NCBI GenBank assembly: GCA_964389785.1
Contig: CAYMFW010000002.1
Coordinates: 813 to 64,812, forward strand
DNA length: 64,000 bases
Reading direction: 5' to 3'
DNA from: an uncultured Planctomycetota bacterium
Lineage (GTDB): Bacteria; Planctomycetota; CAYMFW01
Part shown: positions 16,822 to 25,868 of the stretch, piece after piece
Layout of the letters: each line of letters starts with the position of its first letter
How positions within the stretch are numbered: the first letter of the stretch is position 1
The notes under the pieces: generated by a model
Seen by the model: the letters and a program-made list of their open reading frames with translations, nothing else
Told to the model about the DNA's origin: nothing
The model's database searches: none
Program-made: the position numbers and the translations under genes

Positions 16822-17372
16822 TTGCGGGCGACCGCTACCCGTACCTGCTTCGACTCTGTCTGTCGCTCGAGAAGCGCAAGAGGGATAACCGCCGGGCCCG
16901 TCAGCGACCGGGACATGGCCGTCCTGGACCCGGACTTCATCGTGAAGGAAACCGATTTCCCTTCCGGGATCTTCACGCCGGTCGAAATCGAATGCGCTTG
17001 CGTGGTATCGCCGTCGGCGGTCAGCGTGCAGTCGTATTTCCACAGCTCCTCGGGCATCATTATCATTCGAGAGAACCTTGAAGCCGGATTCTCCGCCAGC
17101 AGACGGATCTCTATCCTGCAGTTCTCGGCGTTTTCCTCCGTCCGAACCGCAACCACCTCGAGGCTCGGGATTTCTCCGGCCTTGTACGTGTCCTTCTTCG
17201 CGCGCAGCGTGACGTTCCACCCCTTCTCTTTGAGCGCCGGCCACGCGATTTCCGGCTGATTCTCCTTCTTCGGACCGCCGGCCCCGCCCGCCACCGGCCA
17301 GAGCAGACCGAGCGTGACGGTCGTCGTAACCGCCGCAATCCCCAACACTTCCGCTACCCGTGTCCTTCCCAT
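16818..17372 (-). CDS. small membrane-anchored hypothetical protein, translationally coupled to the deiminase-fold gene
   Basis: 184 aa with AGGAGG RBS and an N-terminal TM segment (VLGIAAVTTTVTLGLLW). Its stop overlaps the downstream start (ATGA at 16818-16821). Confidence 0.55.
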   Translation of the reverse strand: MGRTRVAEVLGIAAVTTTVTLGLLWPVAGGAGGPKKENQPEIAWPALKEKGWNVTLRAKKDTYKAGEIPSLEVVAVRTEENAENCRIEIRLLAENPASRFSRMIMMPEELWKYDCTLTADGDTTQAHSISTGVKIPEGKSVSFTMKSGSRTAMSRSLTGPAVIPLALLERQTESKQVRVAVARK

Positions 17373-17510
17373 CCTTTCCTCCTTTCCGACCTGTCACCCC
17401 AACACCTCGTTCCTGATAAGACTATACGGCTGCCGGGAGCATTCGTGTGTAAAAGCGATGTAAAACGTAGCCGTCCTTTTCTGTAGAATACGACAGAGGA
17501 GAGACCATAT

Positions 17511-18668
17511 ATGACGGACACCCGCGTACCGGCGCCGGACCCGGCGGAAGCCGATCGGCTGATCGGCGTTCATTACTTCCCCGGATGGAAGCCGGGCACG
17601 CACATCGGCTGGCCCGCCCTGGCCGGCTACCCGGAACGGAAGCCGGTGCTGGGATGGTACGACGAATCCAACCCGGAGGTGACGGACTGGGAGATCAAGT
17701 GGGCGGTCGAGCACGGCATCTCCTTCTTCGTGTACTGCTGGTACCGGAACAGGGAGAACGCGGGCAGGCCGCTCGGGGTAGCCGACGCGCGGCTGGGCCA
17801 CGCGATTCACGAAGGCCTGTTCCGGAGCCGGTACGCAGAGAAGTTCCGCTTCGCGATCATGTGGGAAAACCAGGGCACGCGGGGCATGATCTCCGACCTG
17901 GACGACCTGAAGGAGAACCTGGTCCCGTTCTGGTGCGAAGAGTATTTCTCGAAGCCGTTCTACCTGCGCATGGGCGATCGGCCGGTGCTGTTCGTGTACC
18001 ATATGGAATCGCTCATCGAGCAGGTCGGCGGCCCGGACGGGGCGGCCAGGGCGGTGGAGATCATACGGGAGGAGATCGCGCGGCGGGGGCTGGGTGACGT
18101 GTTCGTCATGGTCGAGCGACGCTGGGCGGACCGGAAGTTCCTGGAGCAGGCGAAGGGGTGCGGGTTCGACGCGTCGTTCGCCTACTGCTGGCACGCGAAG
18201 GACCGCTTCCCCGTTATCGAGAAGGCGTTCGACGAACAGCTGGAGCACATGCAGGCGCTGAGGGACATGAACGTGCTCCCCTTCGTGCCCACCGCGACGG
18301 TGGGGTGGGACCCCATGCCGTGGGCGAACGAGAGCCCGGACTCTCCCTGGCTGAACAAGGACAGGATGACGCGATGGTACTCCACGCCGGACGAGTTCCG
18401 CACGCTGCTGGAGAGGGTGAAGCGGTTCGCCGACGCGTTTCCGGAGGGAGACCTGGCGCGCTCCATGCTCCTTCTGGACAACTGGAACGAATGGGGGGAG
18501 GGGCACCATATCAGCCCGCACGAACGCGGCGGGTTCGGATACCTGGAGGCGGTGCGGAGCGTGTTCACGCCGGGGACCAACAGGCCGGACCACCGTACGC
18601 CCGGGGAGCTGGGACTGGGGCCGTACGGCCCGCCGAATCCGGAGGATTGTCAGGAGGCACTGCCGTGA
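17511..18668 (+). CDS. WbsX/GH99-like TIM-barrel glycan-active protein
   Basis: 385 aa. IGVHYFPGWKPG...GWYDESNPEVTDWEIKWAVEHGISFFVYCWY resembles the WbsX-like family N-terminus. GAGGAG RBS, with a TAGAAT -10 box at 17484-17489. Confidence 0.5.
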   Translation: MTDTRVPAPDPAEADRLIGVHYFPGWKPGTHIGWPALAGYPERKPVLGWYDESNPEVTDWEIKWAVEHGISFFVYCWYRNRENAGRPLGVADARLGHAIHEGLFRSRYAEKFRFAIMWENQGTRGMISDLDDLKENLVPFWCEEYFSKPFYLRMGDRPVLFVYHMESLIEQVGGPDGAARAVEIIREEIARRGLGDVFVMVERRWADRKFLEQAKGCGFDASFAYCWHAKDRFPVIEKAFDEQLEHMQALRDMNVLPFVPTATVGWDPMPWANESPDSPWLNKDRMTRWYSTPDEFRTLLERVKRFADAFPEGDLARSMLLLDNWNEWGEGHHISPHERGGFGYLEAVRSVFTPGTNRPDHRTPGELGLGPYGPPNPEDCQEALP

Positions 18669-19717
18669 ACCGATGGACCGTCGAGAAGGCGAACGAGTGG
18701 TATAACGCGCAGCCGTGGCTGGTGGGATGCAACTTTCTTCCGAGCAGCGCGATCAACCAGCTGGAGATGTTCCAGGCGGACACCTACGACCCCGAAACGA
18801 TCGAGCGGGAGCTGGGCTGGGCGGAAGACCTGGGCTTCAACACGCTGCGGGTGTACCTGCACGACCTGCTGTGGGCCGACGACCGGGAGGGCTTCGCCGG
18901 GAGGATCGACGACTTCCTCGGCATCGCCGACCGTCACGGCATGCGGGTGCTGCTTACCCTGTTCGACGACTGCCACCGGCCGGACCCGGAGCTGGGCGTG
19001 CAGCCGCTGCCGGTGCGCGGCGTCCACAATTCCGGCTGGAAGCGAAGCCCTCACCGGGACATCGTCCTGCAGTTCCATGACGGCACCGTGCCGGAGAACG
19101 AGAGAACGCGCCTGCGGGATTACGTCCACGACATACTGGGCCGCTTCGCGGACGACGCGCGCGTTCTGATGTGGGACGTGTACAACGAGCCCGGCTTCAA
19201 GGACTCGCTGAACGACCTGCTGGAGGAAACCTGGCAGTGGGCGCAGGAGGCGAGGCCCTCCCAGCCGCTGACGTCCTGCCAGGAAGGTTCGCAGGGCGAG
19301 AAGAACATCGCGTTCAACGCGGCGCACTCCGACGTGATAACGTTTCACTGCTACCAGGGCGAGCTGCTCGAGGAGACCATCGCGCGGCACCGGGACGCCC
19401 ACGAGGGACGGCCCCTCATATGTACGGAGTACATGGCCCGGGACCACGGCACCACGTTTCAGCACAGCCTTCCGATCTTCAAGACGCACCGCGTCGGCTG
19501 TTACAACTGGGGCCTGGTGGCCGGGAAGAGCCAAACCCACTTCAGCTGGAAGACGGTGAAGCAGCTGGAGGAGCTGAAACAGCAGGGAGCGTTTCTCCGG
19601 CCCGGCGATCCGATCCCCGAGCCGCCGCTCTGGTTCCACGACATCTTCCGCACGGACGGCACCCCGTTCGACCCGAAAGAAATCGACTTCATCAAGAGCG
19701 TGGTCCCGCGCACGTAA
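18665..19717 (+). CDS. clan GH-A glycoside hydrolase (GH5-like)
   Basis: GTG at 18665 overlaps the upstream stop (GTGA). ..GFNTLRVYLHD.., VYNEPG (acid/base NEP) and ICTEYMA (nucleophile TE) are typical of the GH5-type (beta/alpha)8 fold. Confidence 0.65.
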   Translation: MNRWTVEKANEWYNAQPWLVGCNFLPSSAINQLEMFQADTYDPETIERELGWAEDLGFNTLRVYLHDLLWADDREGFAGRIDDFLGIADRHGMRVLLTLFDDCHRPDPELGVQPLPVRGVHNSGWKRSPHRDIVLQFHDGTVPENERTRLRDYVHDILGRFADDARVLMWDVYNEPGFKDSLNDLLEETWQWAQEARPSQPLTSCQEGSQGEKNIAFNAAHSDVITFHCYQGELLEETIARHRDAHEGRPLICTEYMARDHGTTFQHSLPIFKTHRVGCYNWGLVAGKSQTHFSWKTVKQLEELKQQGAFLRPGDPIPEPPLWFHDIFRTDGTPFDPKEIDFIKSVVPRT

Positions 19718-19739
19718 TAGAGTGACAGGTTACTCTATT
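19716..19739. terminator. possible bidirectional hairpin between convergent genes
   Basis: aatagagt-gacaggtt-actctatt forms an 8-bp stem. It is AT-rich and has only a short T tract, so it is weak. Confidence 0.3.
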
Positions 19740-19751
19740 TGCTCACCGGCA

Positions 19752-22610
19752 CTACTGCTTCACCTCGACGGTCACCTGGTTCGAAATCGCGCTTCTATGG
19801 TTCGTTGAATCCCAGCTCCGCACGGCGAAGAGGTACGTCCCCGGCTTGAATTCCTGTCCCGGAATCCGGAGCCCCGTCGTCATATCCGAGGTGAACTCCT
19901 GCTTCTTCCCGGGCTCGGCCGCGGGCTCTCCCTGGAGATGCTCGGCCGCCCACCAGTTGCAGTATTCGTCCGGGTGGAACTCGTAGACGCGCTTGTCCCG
20001 GTCCCAGTTGAGATTCGGCACCATCTTGCGGGTGGAAAACCGTGCCTGGAGCTTCGCCGCGCCCTCGGGCGTGGTCCAGGCCAGCTTCACCTTGCCGCCG
20101 CCCAGCGACTCGACCTTCAGGTCCTTGATGGCGTCCGGCGCCTTGCCTTCCAGCTGCTTCTTCTGGTGAAGCATGTAGTATATCAGCGCCTGGCACCCCG
20201 GCTTGTCCAGGTACGTGAAGCCGCTTTCGTTCAGCCCCATCGCGAACGAGCTTCGCATCACCCGCTCGGCCAGGCCCTCGCTGAACTCCTCCCCGTAGCG
20301 CAGGATGGGCATCATCACCGAGTAGTGCGCGGGACCGATGAAGCCCCAGTTGCGCTTGTGCCCGCGGGGAAAGCCGGCGAGGTTGTAGCTGTAGGCCCCG
20401 TACACGTCCTTGCCGTCCTTGTAATGACCCTGGTCGTCCGTCAGGAAGCACTCCCGGCCCATGATCCATTCTATCCCCTCGCACATGTCGGCCAGGCGCT
20501 CTCCGACCGGATCGTCCCACTCGAAGCGGCTGCGCGAAAGCCAGAACGAGTCGTGAATGATGTAGCCGATCATCAGGCGGGCGCTCATGTTGATCGGGGG
20601 CTCCGGCGGGATCTTGTGCCACTCGGTTCCGCCGTGGCCGAACGCGCCGCGGTGCCAGTCCATCTTCCATTTCGTCTGTTCGGCAACGAGCTTCGTGGTG
20701 TGCGTCGCCAGAGCTTCCTTGAACTCCTTGTCCCCGGTGATGTCGTCTCCGCCGGCGAGCAGGTACATCGCCCACCCGAGGAACCGGGCCCATCCGTACA
20801 TCCGTGGGCCGGCACGGTCCGCCCGAAGCTTGCGGACGAAATCGACCGTCGCGTCGCCTATGCGCTGATCGCCGGTGCAGTAGTAATACAGGGGAATGCC
20901 GTACCAGTGGACGTGCTCCTCCTCGAAGTTGATCTTTCGGCCGATGTAATGCTTTCGCCCGAAGTCGGTTATGCCGTCCCCGTGATGCATGCTCCAGTCG
21001 ACGTTGTAGTTGAAGCGGTCCTCCGCGTAGAGGAAATAGCCCCCCGCGCGCTCCAGGTTGTCGTCCCTGAGGAAGTTCACGAACGCGACGCGCGCGAAGT
21101 CGTGCTGGTTGCGAAAGCCGCCCCTGCCCCAGTACCACGAGCGCCACACCACCATCGGGCGGCGGCGGCCGGCCTGGCGGTTCACCCAGCCCTTCTCCTT
21201 GCACAGCGCCTCCTCTTCGGCGCGCGAGACGAAGTGGTACAGCGGGTAGACCTCGCTGTCGCCGGTGCAGCGGTTGTACCAGGCAACGGTCGTCCGGCCG
21301 GTGAGCGGGTACTGGAACCGGTACATGGCCCCTTCAGGGTCCGCGGCCGGCGTGGCATGGAAGTGGTAGAGCACCTCGAAGGTGGCGTGCGAGCCGTGGG
21401 CGATGACGTGCTTCACACCGCTCTCCGCGGGCCACAGCCCGACGGCGATGGTGCCGTCGGCGCGCACGCGCATCGTCTTCGGAAAGTTGCCGCGCGCGAA
21501 CCGGACGCCGACGGTAGCGCCCGCGCCGTCTTTGTGTGCCGCGTCTACCCACATCAGGTCCGGCACCTCTTCGGCCTTCCCCCGCACCAGCTCTTCGCCG
21601 CCCTTTTTCACCCAGTAGCCCGTGTCGTCGCCTTTGACGCCGAACTTGTCCCAGCCCATCTCCTCCTTGCCGGAGCCCCGCTGGTAGTCGCCCTTGGGAC
21701 GGGCCTGGTAGAAGACGATGTCCTTGCCTTCCTCGGGCTGCTCGCTCCTGTCGCGGCCGGTTAGCCGCACAACCGAGGCCGGCCCGGCCAGGTGCGTCAC
21801 GACGTTCACGCTCGTCAGGTACACCTTCGTCCGGTTCTCCTTGTCCTCGTCGTTCGTCAGCGTGTAGTAGACCCGGACGTCGGAGCGGCCCTGGTAGAAA
21901 TACATGCGGACGATGTAGCCGAGCATCCGCTTGCCGGCCTTGTCGCGGTTGCTTCCGGTCGCCCGTATCACGCAGCGCACCGGTCCGTTTTCCTCGAGCA
22001 CCACCTTGCCGTCGGCGGAGCCGAGGAACGTGCCGCCGTCGGCGCCTACCACCTCGACGTCCATCGCCCCCGGCTTCACCACCTCGACGCCGCCCGTCCT
22101 GACGCCGTCGAACAGGTTGAACTCATCCTTGCGCACGGACACGGTGACGGCGCCGGTGTCGACGGTGATGGCCTTGTCCGTTTCCGCGGCGAGCGGCTTG
22201 CCGCCGGAAACGCCCTTGCCGGGCACGACGGTGAATCCGTCCGCCTTCTGCTTTGCCTTGCAGTCGGTCTGCAGCACCACGGCCGCCCAGCGAACGTTTC
22301 CGCCCGGCCACTTCGCGAGCGTGCGGAACTGATACGCGTCGGCCCCCTCCAGGGCGAGCGCGGGTCTCCCGTCCGCCTCCTTCACGGCCATGTCGTCCGT
22401 AAACGGCACCCCGATACTCACGCCTTCGGCCGTACGATCCGCTCCCGCGGAACCCATCCGCTTCGCCTCGAACACCTCGAGCGGCACGGATATCTTTTCC
22501 GCCGCCCGGACCGGCGCGGCCGCCGCCGTCACAGCAAGAACCGCCGCGATCAGTATCGAAACGAACGCTCCGAGCAGCAATACGACGGAGAAACATACCT
22601 TGCCCTTCAT
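19752..22610 (-). CDS. large secreted protein with C-terminal Fn3-like domain, possible polysaccharide lyase/hydrolase
   Basis: ATG at 22610 with GGAGG upstream. Signal/anchor MKGKVCFSVVLLLGAFVSILIAAVL. A beta-rich N-terminal third is followed by a helix-rich centre (..WYWGRGGFRNQHDFARVAFVNFL..) and a C-terminal ..LKVESLGGGKVKLAWTTP.. Fn3-like module. Function not established. Confidence 0.6.
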   Translation of the reverse strand: MKGKVCFSVVLLLGAFVSILIAAVLAVTAAAAPVRAAEKISVPLEVFEAKRMGSAGADRTAEGVSIGVPFTDDMAVKEADGRPALALEGADAYQFRTLAKWPGGNVRWAAVVLQTDCKAKQKADGFTVVPGKGVSGGKPLAAETDKAITVDTGAVTVSVRKDEFNLFDGVRTGGVEVVKPGAMDVEVVGADGGTFLGSADGKVVLEENGPVRCVIRATGSNRDKAGKRMLGYIVRMYFYQGRSDVRVYYTLTNDEDKENRTKVYLTSVNVVTHLAGPASVVRLTGRDRSEQPEEGKDIVFYQARPKGDYQRGSGKEEMGWDKFGVKGDDTGYWVKKGGEELVRGKAEEVPDLMWVDAAHKDGAGATVGVRFARGNFPKTMRVRADGTIAVGLWPAESGVKHVIAHGSHATFEVLYHFHATPAADPEGAMYRFQYPLTGRTTVAWYNRCTGDSEVYPLYHFVSRAEEEALCKEKGWVNRQAGRRRPMVVWRSWYWGRGGFRNQHDFARVAFVNFLRDDNLERAGGYFLYAEDRFNYNVDWSMHHGDGITDFGRKHYIGRKINFEEEHVHWYGIPLYYYCTGDQRIGDATVDFVRKLRADRAGPRMYGWARFLGWAMYLLAGGDDITGDKEFKEALATHTTKLVAEQTKWKMDWHRGAFGHGGTEWHKIPPEPPINMSARLMIGYIIHDSFWLSRSRFEWDDPVGERLADMCEGIEWIMGRECFLTDDQGHYKDGKDVYGAYSYNLAGFPRGHKRNWGFIGPAHYSVMMPILRYGEEFSEGLAERVMRSSFAMGLNESGFTYLDKPGCQALIYYMLHQKKQLEGKAPDAIKDLKVESLGGGKVKLAWTTPEGAAKLQARFSTRKMVPNLNWDRDKRVYEFHPDEYCNWWAAEHLQGEPAAEPGKKQEFTSDMTTGLRIPGQEFKPGTYLFAVRSWDSTNHRSAISNQVTVEVKQ

Positions 22611-22805
22611 GTCCACCTCCGCTCTGTTTCACGGATTTCGCGAAGATGTCATTATAGCAGAATCATGTGCGAAGGTTGCGGCCCGAGAACGGATAGACGC
22701 TTCACTCCGTCTTCGGCGTTGTCGGCGCGTCGAGAAACACCATGGCATCCGCGTGTAAAGGGGAAGCAAAAGCGGTACAATGGCTTTCAGAGAAGGGACC
22801 CAAAC

Positions 22806-22952
22806 ATGAAGAGCGTCATACTCGTCGGCGACTCGATCCGCATGGGATACCAGGGAAAGGTGCGCGAACAGCTCGCGGGCCGGGCGGGGACAAGGAGCGG
22901 GAATTCTCGGGGTGCCGGTGCGACATTGACAACGATTCCCGGTGGATTATAG
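22806..22952 (+). pseudogene. truncated 5' duplicate of the SGNH hydrolase gene (first 27 codons conserved, then divergent 48-aa ORF)
   Basis: MKSVILVGDSIRMGYQGKVREQLAGRA.. versus MKTIALVGDSIRMGYQGKVREQLAGRA.. at 25209. Nucleotides 22826-22887 match 25229-25290 with a single mismatch. It retains its own TACAAT -10 (22778-22783) and RBS. Confidence 0.75.
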
Positions 22953-22960
22953 TACCTCCG

Positions 22961-25198
22961 ATGTGCTCGATGAGACTGATGCTGCTCCCGGTGACGATCG
23001 CTCTCACCTGTTCCGTCTGCGCCGTCGCGGAGGCCGGCGGCGGCCCGGACGAGCCGATCAACAGGTGGGTGAAAAAGACCAAGGCCCCCAATCACGTGCA
23101 CGAAAACGACATGGCCTACGACCCGTCGACCGGAAGAGTTGTGTTCTACGGCGCGCACGTGGGCATGCTCTACCCGCAGAGCAACTACACGTTTCTCTAC
23201 GACGTCCGACGGAACCGGTTCTTCGAGTCTCAATCCCAATACCGTCCCCAGCGGCGGTGTTTCGTCAACACGGTGTATCTCGACTCCTGCCGGCTGACCC
23301 TCACCGGCTGCGGCAGTCCCGGGCACGGGTCGCTCCCCGAAGGCGGCTTCCGGAAGGATCAGGGGAACTACAAGGTCTGCTACCGGCGCTTCAACGTGGG
23401 ACCGTGGCTGTACGACGGCGTGGACGACAGCTGGAGCCACTGCCGGACCCTGCCTCCCCGCTGGCGCAACAAGGACGTCTCCACCCTGGTCTACGAGCGC
23501 AACAGCGACGCGATGCTCTACAACGAGGGCGACAAGTGGGCCGTCTACTGCCCGCGGACGAACCGGGTGACCATGCGGTGGCTGCCCGAGTCGCTGTGGT
23601 CGTTGTGCGGCTACGCGGTGGCGTCCGACCCGGTCCGCCGGAAGATCGTGCTGTTCGGCGGGCTGAACGGCTTCAGTTTTCCCCGCACACAGGAAGCGTA
23701 CGACAAGCGCATGAACCGGGACACCTGGATATACGACATCGCCACGGACACGTGGCGGAAAGTCGAGACCAAGAACGGCCCGCAGCCGGGCTACCCGATG
23801 CTCGCGGTGATGAGCCTGAAGATGGTATATCACCCCCCCACCGACAGCATGCTGATGCTGCAGAACCCGGTGAGCGCGCCGCCCGCGAACACGACCGACA
23901 TACCGCCCACCGAGCTGTGGAGCTTCGCGCTGGATAAGGAACGGTGGGCGAAGGTGCCGATGGAGAAGGGAAGCGAGATGCCGTCGTATCTCGGCCTGCT
24001 GGATTACGCCCGGAACGAGGACCTGCTGGTCCTTATCGGCGGCGGCAGGGACACGATGGGACGAAACGGCCAGCCCAGTATTTCCGGGAGCCGGACGGTG
24101 TGGACCTGCCGGGTGCGGATTCCGGACCGGAAGCCGGTGCGGCCGGCGCTGCCGGGGCGGATCCGGGTCGAGACCGGCGGCGAGGGCAACCGGGTGGTCT
24201 GGGACAGCGGCGTGATGGCCGGCTACGACGTGTTCCGCGCGAAGGCCCCCGGGCTGTCCGGAAAGACGACCGCCATGTACTCGGCCGACGCGCCGTTCAA
24301 CAGGGCCGCCCTCGCGCCGCCCCAGCTTCCGGCGCACCTGGCGACGACGCCCCAGAAGCCCCGCACCAACTGGTGGGGACCGGACGCCGACCCGTGCCCG
24401 GGCGTCTACAAGAGAATCAACGAGAAGCCGGTGAAAGCGGGCTGGTACATGGACAAGGACATAGAACCCGGCGCGGTGTACGCGTATCAGGTGCTGCCGA
24501 ACATGGCGCCCCTCGACATGGCGCGGTCGCTGCCTGCGTTCAACCAGCCGTGGCACCCGGTGAGGCTGAGGGCCTCGGTGGAGTCCGCGAAAAAGGTGGT
24601 ACTCCGCTGGAGGGCGAACGAGGAGAAGGACCTGGCCGGCTACAGGGCGTACCGGGCGATCGGCGAACAGATCGAGCGCGGCACCGGCACGCTGATGACG
24701 AAGGAGCCGATCGGGACGACGGAGTTCACCGACACCTCGGACGACCTGTCCGACGGGGTGGTCCGGTTCTACTGGGTGACGGCGGTCAACAGGGGAGGAA
24801 TCGAGAGCGGGGCGTCGCCGCTGGCGCACAGCTTCCCCGACGCGCCCGCCGGGCTCACCATCGTGCCGGGCGAGGGCCCGAGCAACAGGGACGGTATCCT
24901 GCTGGGCTACCGGGTGCGCTGGGAGTGGCCGCGCGACGTGAAGGTGGCCGGCTTCCACGTGTACTACGCGGATACGCACCGCAACGGCTCGAACGGACCC
25001 GGCGGCACGTACGATAAGGACTGGAAGCGGATCACCGAGACGCCGGTGACGGACAACGAATACGTCTTCCCGCTGGCCGCGGACGACCCGCGGCCCAACC
25101 ATTACTTCCACGTGCGGGCGGTGAACGTACTGGACCAGCAGGGCTTCTACTCCGACATCGTCAGCCCGACGGACCTGCGCTTCCGGGCGACGCCGTGA
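22961..25198 (+). CDS. secreted Kelch-type beta-propeller protein with three Fn3-like domains
   Basis: In-frame ATG at 22961 gives MCSMRLMLLPVTIALTCSVCAVAEA (signal peptide). Repeated ..V(L/V)FGG.., ..W.YD...D.W.. Kelch-like blades follow, then ..LRWRANEEKDLAGYRAYRA.. and ..VAGFHVYYAD.. Fn3-like modules. Confidence 0.65.
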   Translation: MCSMRLMLLPVTIALTCSVCAVAEAGGGPDEPINRWVKKTKAPNHVHENDMAYDPSTGRVVFYGAHVGMLYPQSNYTFLYDVRRNRFFESQSQYRPQRRCFVNTVYLDSCRLTLTGCGSPGHGSLPEGGFRKDQGNYKVCYRRFNVGPWLYDGVDDSWSHCRTLPPRWRNKDVSTLVYERNSDAMLYNEGDKWAVYCPRTNRVTMRWLPESLWSLCGYAVASDPVRRKIVLFGGLNGFSFPRTQEAYDKRMNRDTWIYDIATDTWRKVETKNGPQPGYPMLAVMSLKMVYHPPTDSMLMLQNPVSAPPANTTDIPPTELWSFALDKERWAKVPMEKGSEMPSYLGLLDYARNEDLLVLIGGGRDTMGRNGQPSISGSRTVWTCRVRIPDRKPVRPALPGRIRVETGGEGNRVVWDSGVMAGYDVFRAKAPGLSGKTTAMYSADAPFNRAALAPPQLPAHLATTPQKPRTNWWGPDADPCPGVYKRINEKPVKAGWYMDKDIEPGAVYAYQVLPNMAPLDMARSLPAFNQPWHPVRLRASVESAKKVVLRWRANEEKDLAGYRAYRAIGEQIERGTGTLMTKEPIGTTEFTDTSDDLSDGVVRFYWVTAVNRGGIESGASPLAHSFPDAPAGLTIVPGEGPSNRDGILLGYRVRWEWPRDVKVAGFHVYYADTHRNGSNGPGGTYDKDWKRITETPVTDNEYVFPLAADDPRPNHYFHVRAVNVLDQQGFYSDIVSPTDLRFRATP

Positions 25199-25208
25199 GG
25201 AGCGGAAC

Positions 25209-25784
25209 ATGAAGACCATCGCACTCGTCGGCGATTCGATCCGCATGGGATACCAGGGAAAGGTGCGCGAACAGCTCGCGGGCCGGGCGGACGTGTGGGG
25301 GCCGGAGCAGAACGGGGGCACCAGCGAGAACGTGCTGGCGCACCTGGAGGAATGGGCGCTCTCCCGGGGGCCGGACGTGCTTCATATCAACTGCGGCCTC
25401 CACGATCTCAAGAAGGAATTCGGCGAGGATGCCGCGGCGGTCCCGCTCGACGCGTACAGGGAAAACGTTCGCTCCATTCTGACACGGCTGAAGGACGGGA
25501 CCGAGGCGACCGCGATATGGGCGCTCACCACCCCGGTCAATTTCGAGAACCATCACAGGAACAAGGATTTCGACCGGTTCGAAGAGGACGTGGTCGCGTA
25601 CAACGAGGCCGCCTCGGAGGTCTGCCGGGAGCTGGGCGTGGCGGTGAACGACCTGTATTCCGCGGTCGTCGAGGCGGGCCCAGACCGCATCCTGCTGAAA
25701 GACGGGGTGCACTTCACGCCCGAAGGGTACGATATACTCGGCGAGCGCGTCGCTGAGTGTGTGGGATCGGCGCTGGAGGGATAG
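25209..25784 (+). CDS. SGNH/GDSL-family hydrolase
   Basis: 191 aa with block I GDSIRMG, block III-like INCGLHD, and block V DGVHFTPEGY (DxxH). Confidence 0.8.
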   Translation: MKTIALVGDSIRMGYQGKVREQLAGRADVWGPEQNGGTSENVLAHLEEWALSRGPDVLHINCGLHDLKKEFGEDAAAVPLDAYRENVRSILTRLKDGTEATAIWALTTPVNFENHHRNKDFDRFEEDVVAYNEAASEVCRELGVAVNDLYSAVVEAGPDRILLKDGVHFTPEGYDILGERVAECVGSALEG

Positions 25785-25868
25785 GCGGCCCTCCCGGTAA
25801 ACCGTTGACAGGGGAAAGCACCTCTGGCATCGTATTGCTGTCGACAGAGCCAACAAAGGAGGTCTCTC

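Noticed and set aside
22742-22960. An N-terminal extension of the Kelch/Fn3 ORF back to 22742, and the long ORF 21792-22952.
   Set aside because: The extension overlaps the truncated SGNH copy in another frame and has no signal peptide. The ATG at 22961 gives a canonical signal peptide directly.
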